DNA of 64,000 nt from Bacteroidota bacterium (GTDB lineage Bacteria; Bacteroidota; Bacteroidia; UKL13-3): positions 3,689 to 67,688 of the forward strand of contig JANYDU010000012.1 of assembly GCA_025359805.1 (NCBI GenBank), read 5' to 3'. Both the position numbers and the translations under genes were made by a program. Below, piece after piece: positions 48,828 through 60,800 of this stretch. Position 1 is the stretch's first letter; each line of letters begins with the position of its first letter. Under the pieces are notes generated by a model. The model made no database searches, was not told the DNA's origin, and saw nothing but the letters and a program-made list of their open reading frames with translations.

Positions 48828-49652
48828 ATGCACAATTATTTATCATTTGAAATTTCATGTACCGATGAAGTAAAAGATATGCTGATTGCCGAATTAGCGG
48901 ATACCGGTTTTGAAGGATTTATTGAAACTGATACCGGTTTTACTGCTTATGTGGAGCAACCTCTTTTTAATGAAGTTGAATTTGAAAAAGTACTCGAACA
49001 ATATCATGTAGATGCAGATGATGTTCCTCGTTCCACTATCGAACAACAAAATTGGAACGCACAGTGGGAAGCATCTTTTGAACCTATTACAATTGGAAAT
49101 GAAATTATAGTTAAAGCTCCTTTTCATTTATTGGAAGAACATTATACCCACGAAATTATCATTCAACCTAAAAATACTTTTGGCACCGGACATCATGAAA
49201 CTACACAACTTATCTTACAGATGATGTTGCAATTTGATTTTAATAATAAATCGGTTTTTGATTACGGTTGTGGAACAGGTGTGCTGGGTATTTTTGCTTC
49301 AAAATTAGGTGCTTCAACTATTTTTGCCATTGATATTGATGAATGGAGTGCCGAAAACATTGGAGAGAATTGTGCGCTTAATAGCATAAGAAATATTGAA
49401 TTTAAAAAGGGTGATTTAAGTATTGTTGAAGACAAGAAGTTTGATATGATTTTAGCCAATATCAATAAAAATATTTTACTAAGTAGCTTCGCCAAATTAA
49501 CTCAATTGATGAATGAAAAAGCAACGCTTCTCATTAGTGGATTTTATGAAAACGATCTTGATGATTTAAAAACCGAAGCCGAAAAAAACAAACTAACTTT
49601 TCATCGCTATATCACAAAAAATAATTGGTGTGTGGCAGAGTTTAGCAGATAA
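48828..49652 (+). CDS. prmA: Ribosomal protein L11 methyltransferase
   Basis: …FGTGHHETTQL… and DYGCGTGVLGI (SAM-binding motif); 274 aa. Confidence 0.88.
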   Translation: MHNYLSFEISCTDEVKDMLIAELADTGFEGFIETDTGFTAYVEQPLFNEVEFEKVLEQYHVDADDVPRSTIEQQNWNAQWEASFEPITIGNEIIVKAPFHLLEEHYTHEIIIQPKNTFGTGHHETTQLILQMMLQFDFNNKSVFDYGCGTGVLGIFASKLGASTIFAIDIDEWSAENIGENCALNSIRNIEFKKGDLSIVEDKKFDMILANINKNILLSSFAKLTQLMNEKATLLISGFYENDLDDLKTEAEKNKLTFHRYITKNNWCVAEFSR

Positions 49653-49730
49653 ATTTTCAATTCGTTTTTCAATACTTAAATTGCACTCCATATTTAAAAA
49701 TTTAACACCATCATTTAACAGATTAATTAT

Positions 49731-50924
49731 ATGTACAAAGATTCTTTAAAACCCATACTCGAAAAAGAAATTGCATCTATTAAAGAAGCAGGATTATTTA
49801 AAACCGAACGCATCATCACCACTCCACAAGGTGCTGTTGTAAAAACGGATGCAGGAAAAGAAGTGCTTATTTTTTGTGCCAATAATTATTTAGGATTATC
49901 CTCTCATCCACGTGTAGTTGAAGCTGCGCATAAAGCTTTAGATACACACGGATACGGAATGTCGAGTGTGCGATTTATTTGTGGTACGCAAGACATTCAC
50001 AAAGAATTAGAAAAAACCATTGCCAACTTTTATCAAACAGAAGATACCATTTTATATGCCGCTGCTTTTGATGCTAATGGGGGTGTTTTTGAACCTTTGT
50101 TTGGGGAAGAAGATGCGATTATCTCTGACGAATTAAATCATGCTTCTATTATTGATGGGGTGCGTTTGTGCAAGGCTCAACGCTATCGTTATAAAAATAA
50201 TGATATGGCTGATTTGGAAGAACAACTCAAAGCTTCGCAAGCACAACGCAACAGAATAATTGTAACCGATGGTGTATTTAGTATGGATGGTTATGTAGCG
50301 CAATTGGATAAAATTTGTGATTTGGCCGATAAGTATAATGCACTTGTAATGACGGATGAATGCCACAGTGCGGGCTTTATTGGTAAAACTGGAAGAGGTG
50401 TGCCAGAGTTGTGTAATGTGATGGGACGAGTAGATATTATTACTGGAACTTTAGGAAAAGCATTAGGTGGTGCCATGGGTGGTTATACCACGGGAAGAAA
50501 AGAAATTATTGATATGCTTCGCCAACGTTCTCGTCCGTATTTATTTTCAAATTCCTTAGCACCGGCTATTGTTGGAGCATCTATCGAAGTGTTTAAATTA
50601 TTAAATGAAACTACTTCATTGCGCGATAAACTAGAATGGAATGTAAATTATTTTAAAGAAGGTATGCGCAAAGTTGGATTGGAATTTAAAAATGGAAATT
50701 CGGCAATCGTTCCGGTAATGTTATACGATGCAAAACTTGCGCAAGATTATGCCAATAAATTATTAGAAGAAGGCATTTATGTAATTGGATTTTTCTTTCC
50801 AGTGGTACCAAAAGGACAAGCACGTATTCGTGTTCAACTATCGGCAGCACACGAAAAAGAACATTTGGATAAAGCCATTGCTGCTTTTGAAAAAGTTGGG
50901 AAAGAGTTGGGAGTGATTAAATAG
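49731..50924 (+). CDS. kbl: Glycine C-acetyltransferase (2-amino-3-ketobutyrate CoA ligase)
   Basis: 397 aa alpha-oxoamine synthase; …[42 protein letters not shown]… and the PLP-Lys region [10 protein letters not shown]. Confidence 0.88.
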   Translation: MYKDSLKPILEKEIASIKEAGLFKTERIITTPQGAVVKTDAGKEVLIFCANNYLGLSSHPRVVEAAHKALDTHGYGMSSVRFICGTQDIHKELEKTIANFYQTEDTILYAAAFDANGGVFEPLFGEEDAIISDELNHASIIDGVRLCKAQRYRYKNNDMADLEEQLKASQAQRNRIIVTDGVFSMDGYVAQLDKICDLADKYNALVMTDECHSAGFIGKTGRGVPELCNVMGRVDIITGTLGKALGGAMGGYTTGRKEIIDMLRQRSRPYLFSNSLAPAIVGASIEVFKLLNETTSLRDKLEWNVNYFKEGMRKVGLEFKNGNSAIVPVMLYDAKLAQDYANKLLEEGIYVIGFFFPVVPKGQARIRVQLSAAHEKEHLDKAIAAFEKVGKELGVIK

Positions 50925-50947
50925 AATGTTTAGTGTTGAATTGAAAA

Positions 50948-51961
50948 TTATAACGCCACTTGTTGCACACCAACTGTTGCATGTTTGGTCATCAACTCTT
51001 CAATAATTTTTCCAGTAATATCGGGGTAATGAATATTGGGCGGGAAGCCAAAGTTTAACCAGCTTCTTAGCCGGGCAATAAATTCACCATCAATTTCTTT
51101 TACCATCGTTACGCCAATATCTTTTGCGGCAATGGCATTACATTGTTGTTCATATTGCCCAACCATCGGAATTACCATTACTTTTTTTCTCAAGTGTATT
51201 GCTTCAGCCGGGCTTTCAAATCCACCTGCTGTCAATAACCCATCACTTGCGGCTAAACTTTTTATAAAATCATCGTTATTAATTGGCGTAACGTTTACAT
51301 TTTCTTTTTTATAAGCCGCCTTACTGTGTTTGGTGTACACATCCCATTTCACATCCTTAATTTTTGTAAAATATTTTACCAATAATTCATCAGCATGTGC
51401 TGGTAAATAAACTGTAATATGTCCATCATTACTGGTTTCTAATTTTCTAATTTCACTTCTAATAACAGGAGTGTGAATGTATTTATCAAACGCTCTAAAA
51501 TGAAATCCATAGTGATCGGTTGCAGGAGCATAATTTCTAAAAACCCACTCAGCAAATCCATCACGTTTTTCTGGTCGTGGTGTTTTAGGAGATAAATAAG
51601 CCGATTGGTGACTAAGTGCAATGCAAGGTTTATTTTTTAGTTTACAAGCCCAAGCTGTTACAGGTTCAAAATCATTTATAACAAAATCATAATCATTTAC
51701 AGGAAACGTATTGATGTCTTTTAACAAATCAAAAGGGTGAAGATTTTTTACGGTATCAATCATATCAATTCCACCTTTTTTTCCGAAGGTATAACTCACC
51801 CCTTGTTTTTTATATTTAATCAAATAAGGCAATGAAACATCCGCTTGCCGACCACTAATTAATAAGTCCAATTCACCATAATTTAACAAGTGAGGAATAA
51901 TCTCCCGTGCCCTGCTTATATGTCCGTTACCGGTTGCTTGAATAGCGTATAAAATTTTCAT
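50948..51961 (-). CDS. Glycosyltransferase, MJ1255/TIGR00661-like (GT-B, MurG/UDP-glycosyltransferase superfamily)
   Basis: MKILYAIQATGNGHISRAREIIPHL… is the characteristic N-terminus of this family; 337 aa. Confidence 0.7.
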   Translation of the reverse strand: MKILYAIQATGNGHISRAREIIPHLLNYGELDLLISGRQADVSLPYLIKYKKQGVSYTFGKKGGIDMIDTVKNLHPFDLLKDINTFPVNDYDFVINDFEPVTAWACKLKNKPCIALSHQSAYLSPKTPRPEKRDGFAEWVFRNYAPATDHYGFHFRAFDKYIHTPVIRSEIRKLETSNDGHITVYLPAHADELLVKYFTKIKDVKWDVYTKHSKAAYKKENVNVTPINNDDFIKSLAASDGLLTAGGFESPAEAIHLRKKVMVIPMVGQYEQQCNAIAAKDIGVTMVKEIDGEFIARLRSWLNFGFPPNIHYPDITGKIIEELMTKHATVGVQQVAL

Positions 51962-51963
51962 TC

Positions 51964-52788
51964 TTAAGAAATATTTGTGATGGTTTTTAATAAGGCATCC
52001 ATATCCGGAATATGTTTGGTGAGTTCGTCTTCTTCATCGTCATCATGTTCTTCAATGTGTTGGTATAAACTCCATTTTCCTTCGTTGTATTCAAGAGATG
52101 TTAAGTTCTCAATCCAATCACCCGAATTCAAATAAAGTGTGGAGCCATTTTCATTTTTTACTTCACGTATTTGTGGTTGATGTATATGTCCGCATATCAC
52201 ATAATCGTATCCTTTTTCAATGGCTATATCTGTTGCAGTAGTTTCAAAATCATCAATAAATTTGATGGCCTGTTTTACTTTGTTTTTTATTTTTTTAGAG
52301 AAGGAAACTTTTCCCTTACCCATTAGTTTCATACACCAGTTTACAAAACTATTGATGAGAATGAGTGTATCATATCCGATGGCGCCAAGCTTCGCTAACC
52401 ACTTGCTATGCTTCATGGTTACATCAAATACATCACCATGAAAAATCCATGCACGCTTTCCATCAATCGATAAAACTAATTTGTTAATGATTTCTAATTT
52501 TCCCATTTTAAAATCCGTAAATCTCCTGAGCATTTCATCATGATTTCCGGTGAGGTAATAAACCTGAACATCTTCACTCAAAAATTTAAAAATACGTTGT
52601 ACCACTTTCATGTGTGATTGTGGCCAATAACGTTTTCTAAATTGCCAAATATCAATAATGTCGCCATTGAGAATAAGAATTTTTGGCTTAATAGACTTAA
52701 GGTATTTGTTGAGGGCTTTAGCGTTGCATCCATAGGTGCCTAAATGCACATCAGATATCACAACAATTTCAACATTTCTTTTGCCCAT
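51964..52788 (-). CDS. LpxH-like calcineurin-type metallophosphoesterase (UDP-2,3-diacylglucosamine diphosphatase family)
   Basis: IVVISDVHLGTYGCNAKALNKYLKSIKPKILILNGDIIDIW (the DxH…GD…GNHD metallophosphatase motifs). Adjacent to the glycosyltransferase, with a 2-nt gap. Confidence 0.75.
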   Translation of the reverse strand: MGKRNVEIVVISDVHLGTYGCNAKALNKYLKSIKPKILILNGDIIDIWQFRKRYWPQSHMKVVQRIFKFLSEDVQVYYLTGNHDEMLRRFTDFKMGKLEIINKLVLSIDGKRAWIFHGDVFDVTMKHSKWLAKLGAIGYDTLILINSFVNWCMKLMGKGKVSFSKKIKNKVKQAIKFIDDFETTATDIAIEKGYDYVICGHIHQPQIREVKNENGSTLYLNSGDWIENLTSLEYNEGKWSLYQHIEEHDDDEEDELTKHIPDMDALLKTITNIS

Positions 52789-52970
52789 AATGGACTGTAT
52801 AACTTGGAATTATTTCCAATGCAAAGCTGATTTTACAGCATTAGCTAATTGATAATTAAGCATTAATTAAAGAGCAACCTTTTATCATTAAATAGTTAAC
52901 AGATTTTTAATTGATAATAAATTAACTTTAAGCTAACTGTGTATTGATGTGTTGGCAACAATTTTGAATC

Positions 52971-54722
52971 ATGGAAATGCAAGAAGAAATTATTAGTAAA
53001 GATGATCTGATAGAAAGTATCAGTTTTAATAAAATAAAATCAAAGTTATTGGTGCATGCTTTAATGAAAATGTTGAAGCTTGATAAAGTAAATGGAATTT
53101 ATAAAGGCACCGGAAAAAATAAAGGTTTAGCTTTTGTTGATAGTCTGTTATCACAGCTAAATATTCAATATGAGTGCCCTGAAGAGGATTTAAAAAATAT
53201 TCCAAAAGATATTCCATTTATAGTTATCGCCAATCATCCTTATGGAGGAATTGATGGAATGATTTTAATGTCGATTATTTTAAAACAACGTCCCGATTTT
53301 AAAGTAATGGTAAATTATTTATTGCAACATTTTCCAGAACTCAAAGAACACACCGTAGCTGTCGATCCATTTGAAAAAGGATCACAAAGCAGCATGAATA
53401 TTACAGGTATAAAAAGAAGCTTAAACTTGTTAAAAAACGGAATTCCAATTGGGATTTTTCCTGCTGGAGAAGTATCTGCATTTCAGATAAAAAACATGAA
53501 AATTTCTGACAAAATGTGGCATCCCGTTGTAGGCAAAATGATAATGAAATCTGATGTAAAAGTATTGCCAGTATATTTTTCGGGACACAATAGTTTGATG
53601 TTTAATTTACTTGGCTTAATCAATCCAAATTTACGCACTGCAAAACTCCCTTCAGAACTTTTTAATAAACACGAAAAGATTAAAGTAAGAATTGGGAAAC
53701 CTATTTCAACCAGCACCATAAAAGAGTTTTCAGATAATGATCATTTGCTTAGATTTTTGCGTGCAAAAACGTATTCGTTAGGCTCGTCACTCGATGTAAA
53801 AAAACATTTTTTAAGCAAACGAAATATTCATAAAGAAGCGAAACCAATCATTGATGAAACCGAAAAAAAATTATTGATTGAAGATATTCAACATATAAAA
53901 GGTAAAGACCAATTATTATTTTCACATCAACAGTATCAAGTTTATATTTCGGGAGCAAGTGATATTCCAAATGTATTAAGAGAACTCTCTCGTTTACGCG
54001 AAATTACTTTTAGAGAAGCCGGTGAAGGAACAAACAACAGTTGCGATATAGATGAGTTTGATTTGCACTATAAGCACTTATTTATTTGGGATGATGCCAC
54101 ACAAAATATTGTTGGTGCTTATAGAATCGGAGAAGGTAAAAAATTGTTTTCTCGCTTCAAGAAAAAAGGATTTTATCTTAATGAATTATTCAAATTTGAT
54201 AAAGGATTTAATCCTATTTTTAAATCTTCACTCGAAATGGGGCGCTCATTTATTACTAAAGAATATCAACGTAAACCTTATAGTTTAATGCTATTGTGGA
54301 AAGGAGTAAACGAATTTATTAAACGCAATCCAAAGTATAAATATTTAATTGGACCAGTTAGCATAAGCAATACTTTTTCTAATTTATCAAAGGATATTTT
54401 GGTTGATTATATTTATAAGAATCATTTTGATGAAGAATTGGCGCAATATGTAAAGCCCCGAAAAAAGTATAATTATAAATACAAAGGTGAAGGTAAAAAA
54501 TTGATGGATACGCAAATTAAAGACATCAAATTTATTGATCAGATTATCTCTGATATTGAACCCAATCATGCAAAAATTCCTGTACTTATTAAAAAATATT
54601 TGACTCAAAATGCAAAGATTATTGCCTTTAATGTGGATCCACATTTTAACAATTCATTAGACGGACTTTTGGTAATGAAATTGGATAATATTCCATCAGA
54701 AACATTTGATTTAGTGAGTTAG
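52971..54722 (+). CDS. Bifunctional acyltransferase: N-terminal PlsC-type lysophospholipid acyltransferase domain plus C-terminal GNAT/hemolysin-like N-acyltransferase domain (OlsF-like ornithine/amino-lipid synthase)
   Basis: N-terminal …IVIANHPYGGIDGMIL… (HX4D-like acyltransferase motif region) and …FPAGEVS…. The C-terminal half resembles OlsB/GlsA-type N-acyltransferases. The fused architecture matches OlsF as recalled; not verified by search. Confidence 0.65.
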   Translation: MEMQEEIISKDDLIESISFNKIKSKLLVHALMKMLKLDKVNGIYKGTGKNKGLAFVDSLLSQLNIQYECPEEDLKNIPKDIPFIVIANHPYGGIDGMILMSIILKQRPDFKVMVNYLLQHFPELKEHTVAVDPFEKGSQSSMNITGIKRSLNLLKNGIPIGIFPAGEVSAFQIKNMKISDKMWHPVVGKMIMKSDVKVLPVYFSGHNSLMFNLLGLINPNLRTAKLPSELFNKHEKIKVRIGKPISTSTIKEFSDNDHLLRFLRAKTYSLGSSLDVKKHFLSKRNIHKEAKPIIDETEKKLLIEDIQHIKGKDQLLFSHQQYQVYISGASDIPNVLRELSRLREITFREAGEGTNNSCDIDEFDLHYKHLFIWDDATQNIVGAYRIGEGKKLFSRFKKKGFYLNELFKFDKGFNPIFKSSLEMGRSFITKEYQRKPYSLMLLWKGVNEFIKRNPKYKYLIGPVSISNTFSNLSKDILVDYIYKNHFDEELAQYVKPRKKYNYKYKGEGKKLMDTQIKDIKFIDQIISDIEPNHAKIPVLIKKYLTQNAKIIAFNVDPHFNNSLDGLLVMKLDNIPSETFDLVS

Positions 54723-54842
54723 ATGTAAACATAATTAACGTTTACATAACATTAATATGATATTGAATTAACCCAATAGTAACTTTTGGGTAACTGCTCG
54801 TATGGGCTCATGGAATAGCTTTGCCGAAACATTTTTTAATAC

Positions 54843-57752
54843 ATGAAATCGTTTCTACAAAACTTATTATCAGTTGTTTTTATTTTAGTTGTTATATCCG
54901 TATCAGCTCAAACAACGGGGCGTATTGCAGGGAAAATACTCGACAAAAAAACTGGTGAAGAATTAATTGGAGTAACTGTGTTGCTTGAAGGAACAGCACT
55001 TGGAGCTGTTACTGATTTTGAAGGTAAATACAATATAGTAGGTGTAAAACCAGGAACATACAATTTGGTTGTGAGTTATGTTTCATACAACAAAAAAATT
55101 ATTAGTGGTGTTGAGGTAAAAGCTAAAGAAACAACGAGCCTTAATATCTCAATGGAAGAATCGAGCAAGCAATTAACGGAAGTTGTTGTGCAAGCAGAAT
55201 TTAAAAAAGAATCGGCTAACGCATTATTAGTTCAACAAAAAAATGCTACTTCGGTTTCGAGTGGTGTATCGTCTGATTTAATTAAAAAAACTCCTGATAG
55301 AACTACTGCTGATGTGATGAAAAGAATTAGCGGTGCATCTATTCAAGACAATAAATTTGCTGTGATTAGGGGTTTGAACGATCGCTATAATATGGCATTT
55401 TTAAATGGTGCCCCACTTCCAAGCACTGAAAGCGATCGCAAAGCTTTTTCATTAGATATTATTCCAGCAAGTGTTATTGATAATATGCAAATTGTTAAAG
55501 GAGCATCACCAGATTTACCTGGAGATTTTGCCGGGGGAATTATTCAAATCAATACAAAAGATATTCCCGAAGAAAATAGTCTTTCTGTAAATTTTGGGGG
55601 CCAATACCATTCTCTAACTACATTTCAAGGCGGAATAAGAGGAACAACAAGTGGCACTGATTGGCTTGGATATGATGGAGGAACAAGACAATTACCATCT
55701 GGATTGATGAGCACCGACCAGAGTAAATTAGCGAGTATAACCCCTGCTGATTTTGACGCTAAAGCATCACAAACAAAAACATTTAATAACAACTATCAAT
55801 ATAATACGGTTAACTCGTATAGACCAAACATAAGCTTTCAATTATCTGCTTCAAGAAGAACGAAACTTTTTAAAAACGATTTAGGTGTAATATTAGCTCT
55901 TAGCTATAATAATAAGTTTACTTACATGCCTTTCACAACAAGCAATCCAGTGGTTTTGGGCTTACAATCTGTAAACATAGAAACGACTGATGGGTCTAAT
56001 TATAACTATGATAATTATAAAAACACTGTTTCATCTGGTGGGGTAGTCAACTTTGCATATAAAATAGGCAAGAACAGTAAATTTACTTTCAAGAATTTAT
56101 TAACCCTAAACTCAGAAGACCAAACTATTCATCAAAAAGGAAGTTTAATAGAGAATATAAATGATCCTACAAACTCGACTACATACAAGTATGATAATTA
56201 TGCTTATTACTATCAATCAAGTCGATTGTATTCATCACAATTATCAGGAGAACACTTATTAACCAAACAAAAAATTAAGTTTAAATATACTGGTAGTTTA
56301 AATAATATTCATAGAGAAGTACCTGATTTTAGAAGAATCCTTTATCTAAGCAAGAAAACACCTGGCGACCCAGATTTTAGTCCTTATGCAGTATCTTCCG
56401 CATCTGATGCAAATTCATATAGCCCTCAAGCTAGTGGCAGGTATTTCTCTAGCTTGGATGAAAAAATGTATTCTATTAGCTATGATTTAACAATTCCTGT
56501 TAATCTATCTAAACAATTTTCAAAATTTGAATTTAAACTAGGAGGTATGAATATATGGAGAGATAGAACTTTTCAAGGTAGAAACTTTATGTACACAACT
56601 AGTACTAATTTTTATGATGATGGTAAAACCACACCTATATCAAGATTAGGTTTAGCTGATGTTTTTGCAAATCAAAATATTGATAAGTCAACTTTTATTT
56701 TGAATGAAACTACACAAGGAACAGATTCATATAATGCTACTTCAAGACTAAATGCCGGATATGGAATGCTTGATTTAAAAGTAAAAAGATTACATATTAT
56801 TGGCGGTGGCCGCGTGGAGCAATTTAGTCAATCTTTAAGTTGGATTGGACAACAAGGAACGACAAAGAAAATAGATACTACTTATGTTGATTTTCTTCCT
56901 TCAGTAAACTTGATTTATGAATTAACAGAAAAAATAAATATTAGAGCTAGTGCATCTAAAACATTATCTCGTCCAGAGTTTAGAGAGTTTGCTCCAATGG
57001 CTTTTTATGAAATTAATTATAACGCTATTATCAAAGGTAAATCAAGTTTAGTAAAAACTCAGGTATATAATTATGATATGAAATTTGAATATTTTCCAAC
57101 CTCCGGACAACTATTCTCAATTAACCCTTTTTATAAAAAATTTATTAATCCGGTAGAAGCAACAAATGAAGGAGGAACTGCTGGTATTCTAAACCTATCT
57201 TATATAAATGCTATTCAAGCCATTAATTATGGTGTTGAGTTTGAGGCAAGAGTTAATTTGTCAAGCATTTTTAAATCTACATCAAGTAATATCATTAAAA
57301 ACTTTACTGTGTTTGCCAACTATTCATACATTTTTTCAAATGTTACTTTAAACGATACCAGTACAAGTACAGCAAAGGATAAAGTGGATAGTCGCCCATT
57401 ACAAGGTCAATCTCCTTATGTTTTTAATATGGGAGTTTTATATTCTGATGTCAAAAATAAATTTGATGTGAGTTTAACAGCTAATAAAATTGGAAGAAGA
57501 ATAGCTTATGTTGCTCAACAAACGGAGTATTTAATTTGGGAGAATCCAAGAACTGTAATTGATATGAGTGTTTCAAAAACTTTCTTCAATAAACTACAAG
57601 CAAAAATTACATTAGGAGATATTCTTGCTCAGCCTCTTGTATATTATCAAGATTTAAATGGGAATGGAAAATTCGATGAGGGTTCTGATGTAACTACATT
57701 TAAATACAAATATGGATACACCATTCAATTAGCAATTGGTTATACCTTCTAA
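54843..57752 (+). CDS. TonB-dependent outer-membrane receptor with an N-terminal carboxypeptidase-regulatory-like domain
   Basis: Signal peptide. RIAGKILDKKTGEELIGVTVLLEGT…DFEGKYNI (CarbopepD_reg), plug domain (…ADVMKRISGASIQDNKFAVIRGLNDRYN…), 22-strand barrel ending …LAIGYTF; 969 aa. Confidence 0.88.
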   Translation: MKSFLQNLLSVVFILVVISVSAQTTGRIAGKILDKKTGEELIGVTVLLEGTALGAVTDFEGKYNIVGVKPGTYNLVVSYVSYNKKIISGVEVKAKETTSLNISMEESSKQLTEVVVQAEFKKESANALLVQQKNATSVSSGVSSDLIKKTPDRTTADVMKRISGASIQDNKFAVIRGLNDRYNMAFLNGAPLPSTESDRKAFSLDIIPASVIDNMQIVKGASPDLPGDFAGGIIQINTKDIPEENSLSVNFGGQYHSLTTFQGGIRGTTSGTDWLGYDGGTRQLPSGLMSTDQSKLASITPADFDAKASQTKTFNNNYQYNTVNSYRPNISFQLSASRRTKLFKNDLGVILALSYNNKFTYMPFTTSNPVVLGLQSVNIETTDGSNYNYDNYKNTVSSGGVVNFAYKIGKNSKFTFKNLLTLNSEDQTIHQKGSLIENINDPTNSTTYKYDNYAYYYQSSRLYSSQLSGEHLLTKQKIKFKYTGSLNNIHREVPDFRRILYLSKKTPGDPDFSPYAVSSASDANSYSPQASGRYFSSLDEKMYSISYDLTIPVNLSKQFSKFEFKLGGMNIWRDRTFQGRNFMYTTSTNFYDDGKTTPISRLGLADVFANQNIDKSTFILNETTQGTDSYNATSRLNAGYGMLDLKVKRLHIIGGGRVEQFSQSLSWIGQQGTTKKIDTTYVDFLPSVNLIYELTEKINIRASASKTLSRPEFREFAPMAFYEINYNAIIKGKSSLVKTQVYNYDMKFEYFPTSGQLFSINPFYKKFINPVEATNEGGTAGILNLSYINAIQAINYGVEFEARVNLSSIFKSTSSNIIKNFTVFANYSYIFSNVTLNDTSTSTAKDKVDSRPLQGQSPYVFNMGVLYSDVKNKFDVSLTANKIGRRIAYVAQQTEYLIWENPRTVIDMSVSKTFFNKLQAKITLGDILAQPLVYYQDLNGNGKFDEGSDVTTFKYKYGYTIQLAIGYTF

Positions 57753-57878
57753 AAAAAATTGACCTGGTTTAACAATTACATCATACGTCAATAACATAAA
57801 AATAACATCCTGTTAACGTTTGCTTCAATGCCCTGCGATAATCTTGCACACAACTAATTTCAAAATTTACAAACCAAT

Positions 57879-60800
57879 ATGAAAATCAAATCTACATTCT
57901 TAATTGCTGCATTAACATTGAGCTTGACAACGTTCGCTCAATTTTTTGACAGCGTGCCTTATCGTGGCGCTTTCGGTATAAAGGGAGGAACCAGAGGTAC
58001 AGTAACAGGTTTTACAGGATACAACCCTGATCCAAGTAATAATGATGCTGATTGGACTAAACCTTGGGCCGAATTTGCACCAAATACAGTTGCTTATCCT
58101 GGGGATGCAGGTTACAATCAAACAAATGCACAATTTTATACTAAAGGATCAGCTGCAGAAAAAGTTACCTTATCCTCAGACATTTCAAGTGATTTAACAT
58201 TAACCAATGATAAATGGTATGAAATTTCAGGATTAATACACGTTTTAAACGGTGTAACATTAACCATTCAACCTGGAACATGTATTAGAGGAAGCTTAAC
58301 AAATCTTGGAGGTTTAATTATATCTCAAGGTGGAAAAATTATGGCTATTTCTGATAGAAATCATCCAATTGTAATGACTTCTCAAAAGCCAGTTGGTTCA
58401 CGTGTACGTGGAGATTGGGCTGGTTTATTAATTTTAGGAAGATCAATTAACAACAATCCTGGCGGGCAAAGAATATTTGAAGCATTACCAGCTGACCCAT
58501 TAGCATTATATGGTGGTGGAGCAAATCCAAATGAAGCTGATAACTCAGGTAGCATTCGTTATATGAGAGTTGAATATGCAGGATACAATTATCTTCCAGA
58601 TCAAGAAATTAATGGAGTAACTTTCGGAGCTTGTGGTTCTGGGTCTCATTTTGATTATATGCAATCAAGTTTTGCTAATGATGATGCATTCGAATGGTTT
58701 GGAGGAACATGTAGTCATAAATATTTAATTTCTTATGCGGAAACTGATGATGAATTCGATATTGATGAAGGTTACCATGGTAATTTACAATTTCTATTAG
58801 GTGTTAGAAGTGCCGGTGTTACTGAAACTTCTCCTGCTGGAGCTTGTAATGGATTAGAACATGATAATAATACTAACTTAGGGACTTCATCAGCTGTAAA
58901 TCCTAATATTACTGCTCCACTACCTACAACCGCTCCTACTATTTCTAATATGACATTAGTAGGACCTCAACATCCTGGAGCAAATAAAACTTCATTAAGC
59001 ACTTTATGGCAACAACGTATTGGTGAGCAATACCGTATCAGAACAAACGCAGCAACAGGAGTTTTCAATTCTATTGCTTATGGTTATGCAACATCTATCT
59101 TTCTACCTAATGTGGCTAACCTCTCTCCATCTGTTCAAACAAGAGCTTCTGATGACGAATTGTGTATTAGAAACAATACCATTATTAATACTCTTTCTGG
59201 TCCAGATATAAGATTTAATAGTTCTAATTATCCTACAACCTCTTCAGTACCAGGATGGCCTGCAGGTACAACACCTTGGACTGGCTTGGGTGATATGAGA
59301 AATTGGATTATTAACGGTCCTGTTGTTTCAGTTTATAATTTTACAGGAGCAACTAATAATGATACAACAAGAACAACTATAACAACTGCAGATATTACAC
59401 AACCTGATTATAATGGTGTAAGTAATGGAGCATTAAGTCAATTAGATTATACTGTTTGTGATTGGACATTAACCTCAACAAGCACACTAAGAAATACAGC
59501 TAACTTTCAACACCCAAGAATAGCTTTAGTTGCTCAACCATCAATTGCTGCGAATCCAACAGTTTTACCAAGTTTTACACAAATAATAGGAACACCTTCA
59601 ACATCAAAATATGTTGTGATTAAATCTTCATCTCTTTCTGGTGGTGTATTAATAACAGCTCCTACTGGATTTGAAGTTTCAGCAAACGGAACTTCTGGAT
59701 GGGGTGCAAGTTTTACAAAAGGTACAACTGCAGCAGATACTTTAGCTTATATTCGTTTAAACAGAAATTCTGCAGGAACAACTACTGGATTCTTAATGAT
59801 AACTTCAACTAAAACACCCGTTGAGTTTAATCCAATAAATATATCTATTAACGGAACATGTGTTTCTCCTGCAACACCTTATATTAATGTTTCTACATCT
59901 TCATTAAACTTCACTTCACCTTCTGTAATGAGTTTAAATGTAAGTGGAAAAAATTTAACTACAAATATTGTTATTACTGCTCCTGCAAACTTCCAAGTTT
60001 CAAACAACAGCACTTCTGGTTTTGCTGCTAGTTTAAATTTAACTCCTTCTTCAGGAACAGTTACTAATACAATAGTTTATGTTAAATACATCAGTACTGG
60101 AAATACAGATGCAGGAACTTTAACTGTTGCATCTACTGGTTCAGATATTTTCAATGTTGCTTTAACAGGAAGTTCGGCTCCAAATATAAATGTATTGCCA
60201 GGACTTGTTCAAGCAGCAGGTGGTACACAAATTCAATATCCATACATTAATACTATTGCAGGAACACCTTCGGTTGCTTATCCAATTTATGTATCTGCAA
60301 GTCAATTAACAGATACAGTAAAAGTTGGTTTGATTCAATCAACTAGTGCTGCTTTATCTAATTACCAATTATCATTAGACTCTGCTTTTACAAGCCCAGC
60401 GCAAACACTTAATTTAAATATTGCTCGTGCCGCTATACTTAACACAACAATTTATGTTAGATACAATGCAGCAGCAGTTACTACAAATGCTGGTTTTGTA
60501 ACGTTTACATCTACAGGAGCTCCTTTAACTTATCAAACTGGTTCATCTGTTATCACAGGCCCAGTTTCACAAATAGTATCACTTTCTGCAAGAGCTTCTG
60601 CATTAGGAGGTAAAATTGTATCAATATATGCACCATCATACCAACTTAAATATTCTGCTGTATTAGGAACTGCTACTGCACCTCAAAGTATATGGGTAAG
60701 TGGTCAAAATTTAGGTACAGACTCTGTTGTAGTAACTGCTCCTGCAAATTGGGAAGTTTCCACAAGTGCAACAGGAACTTATTCTTCTGTATTGTATTTC

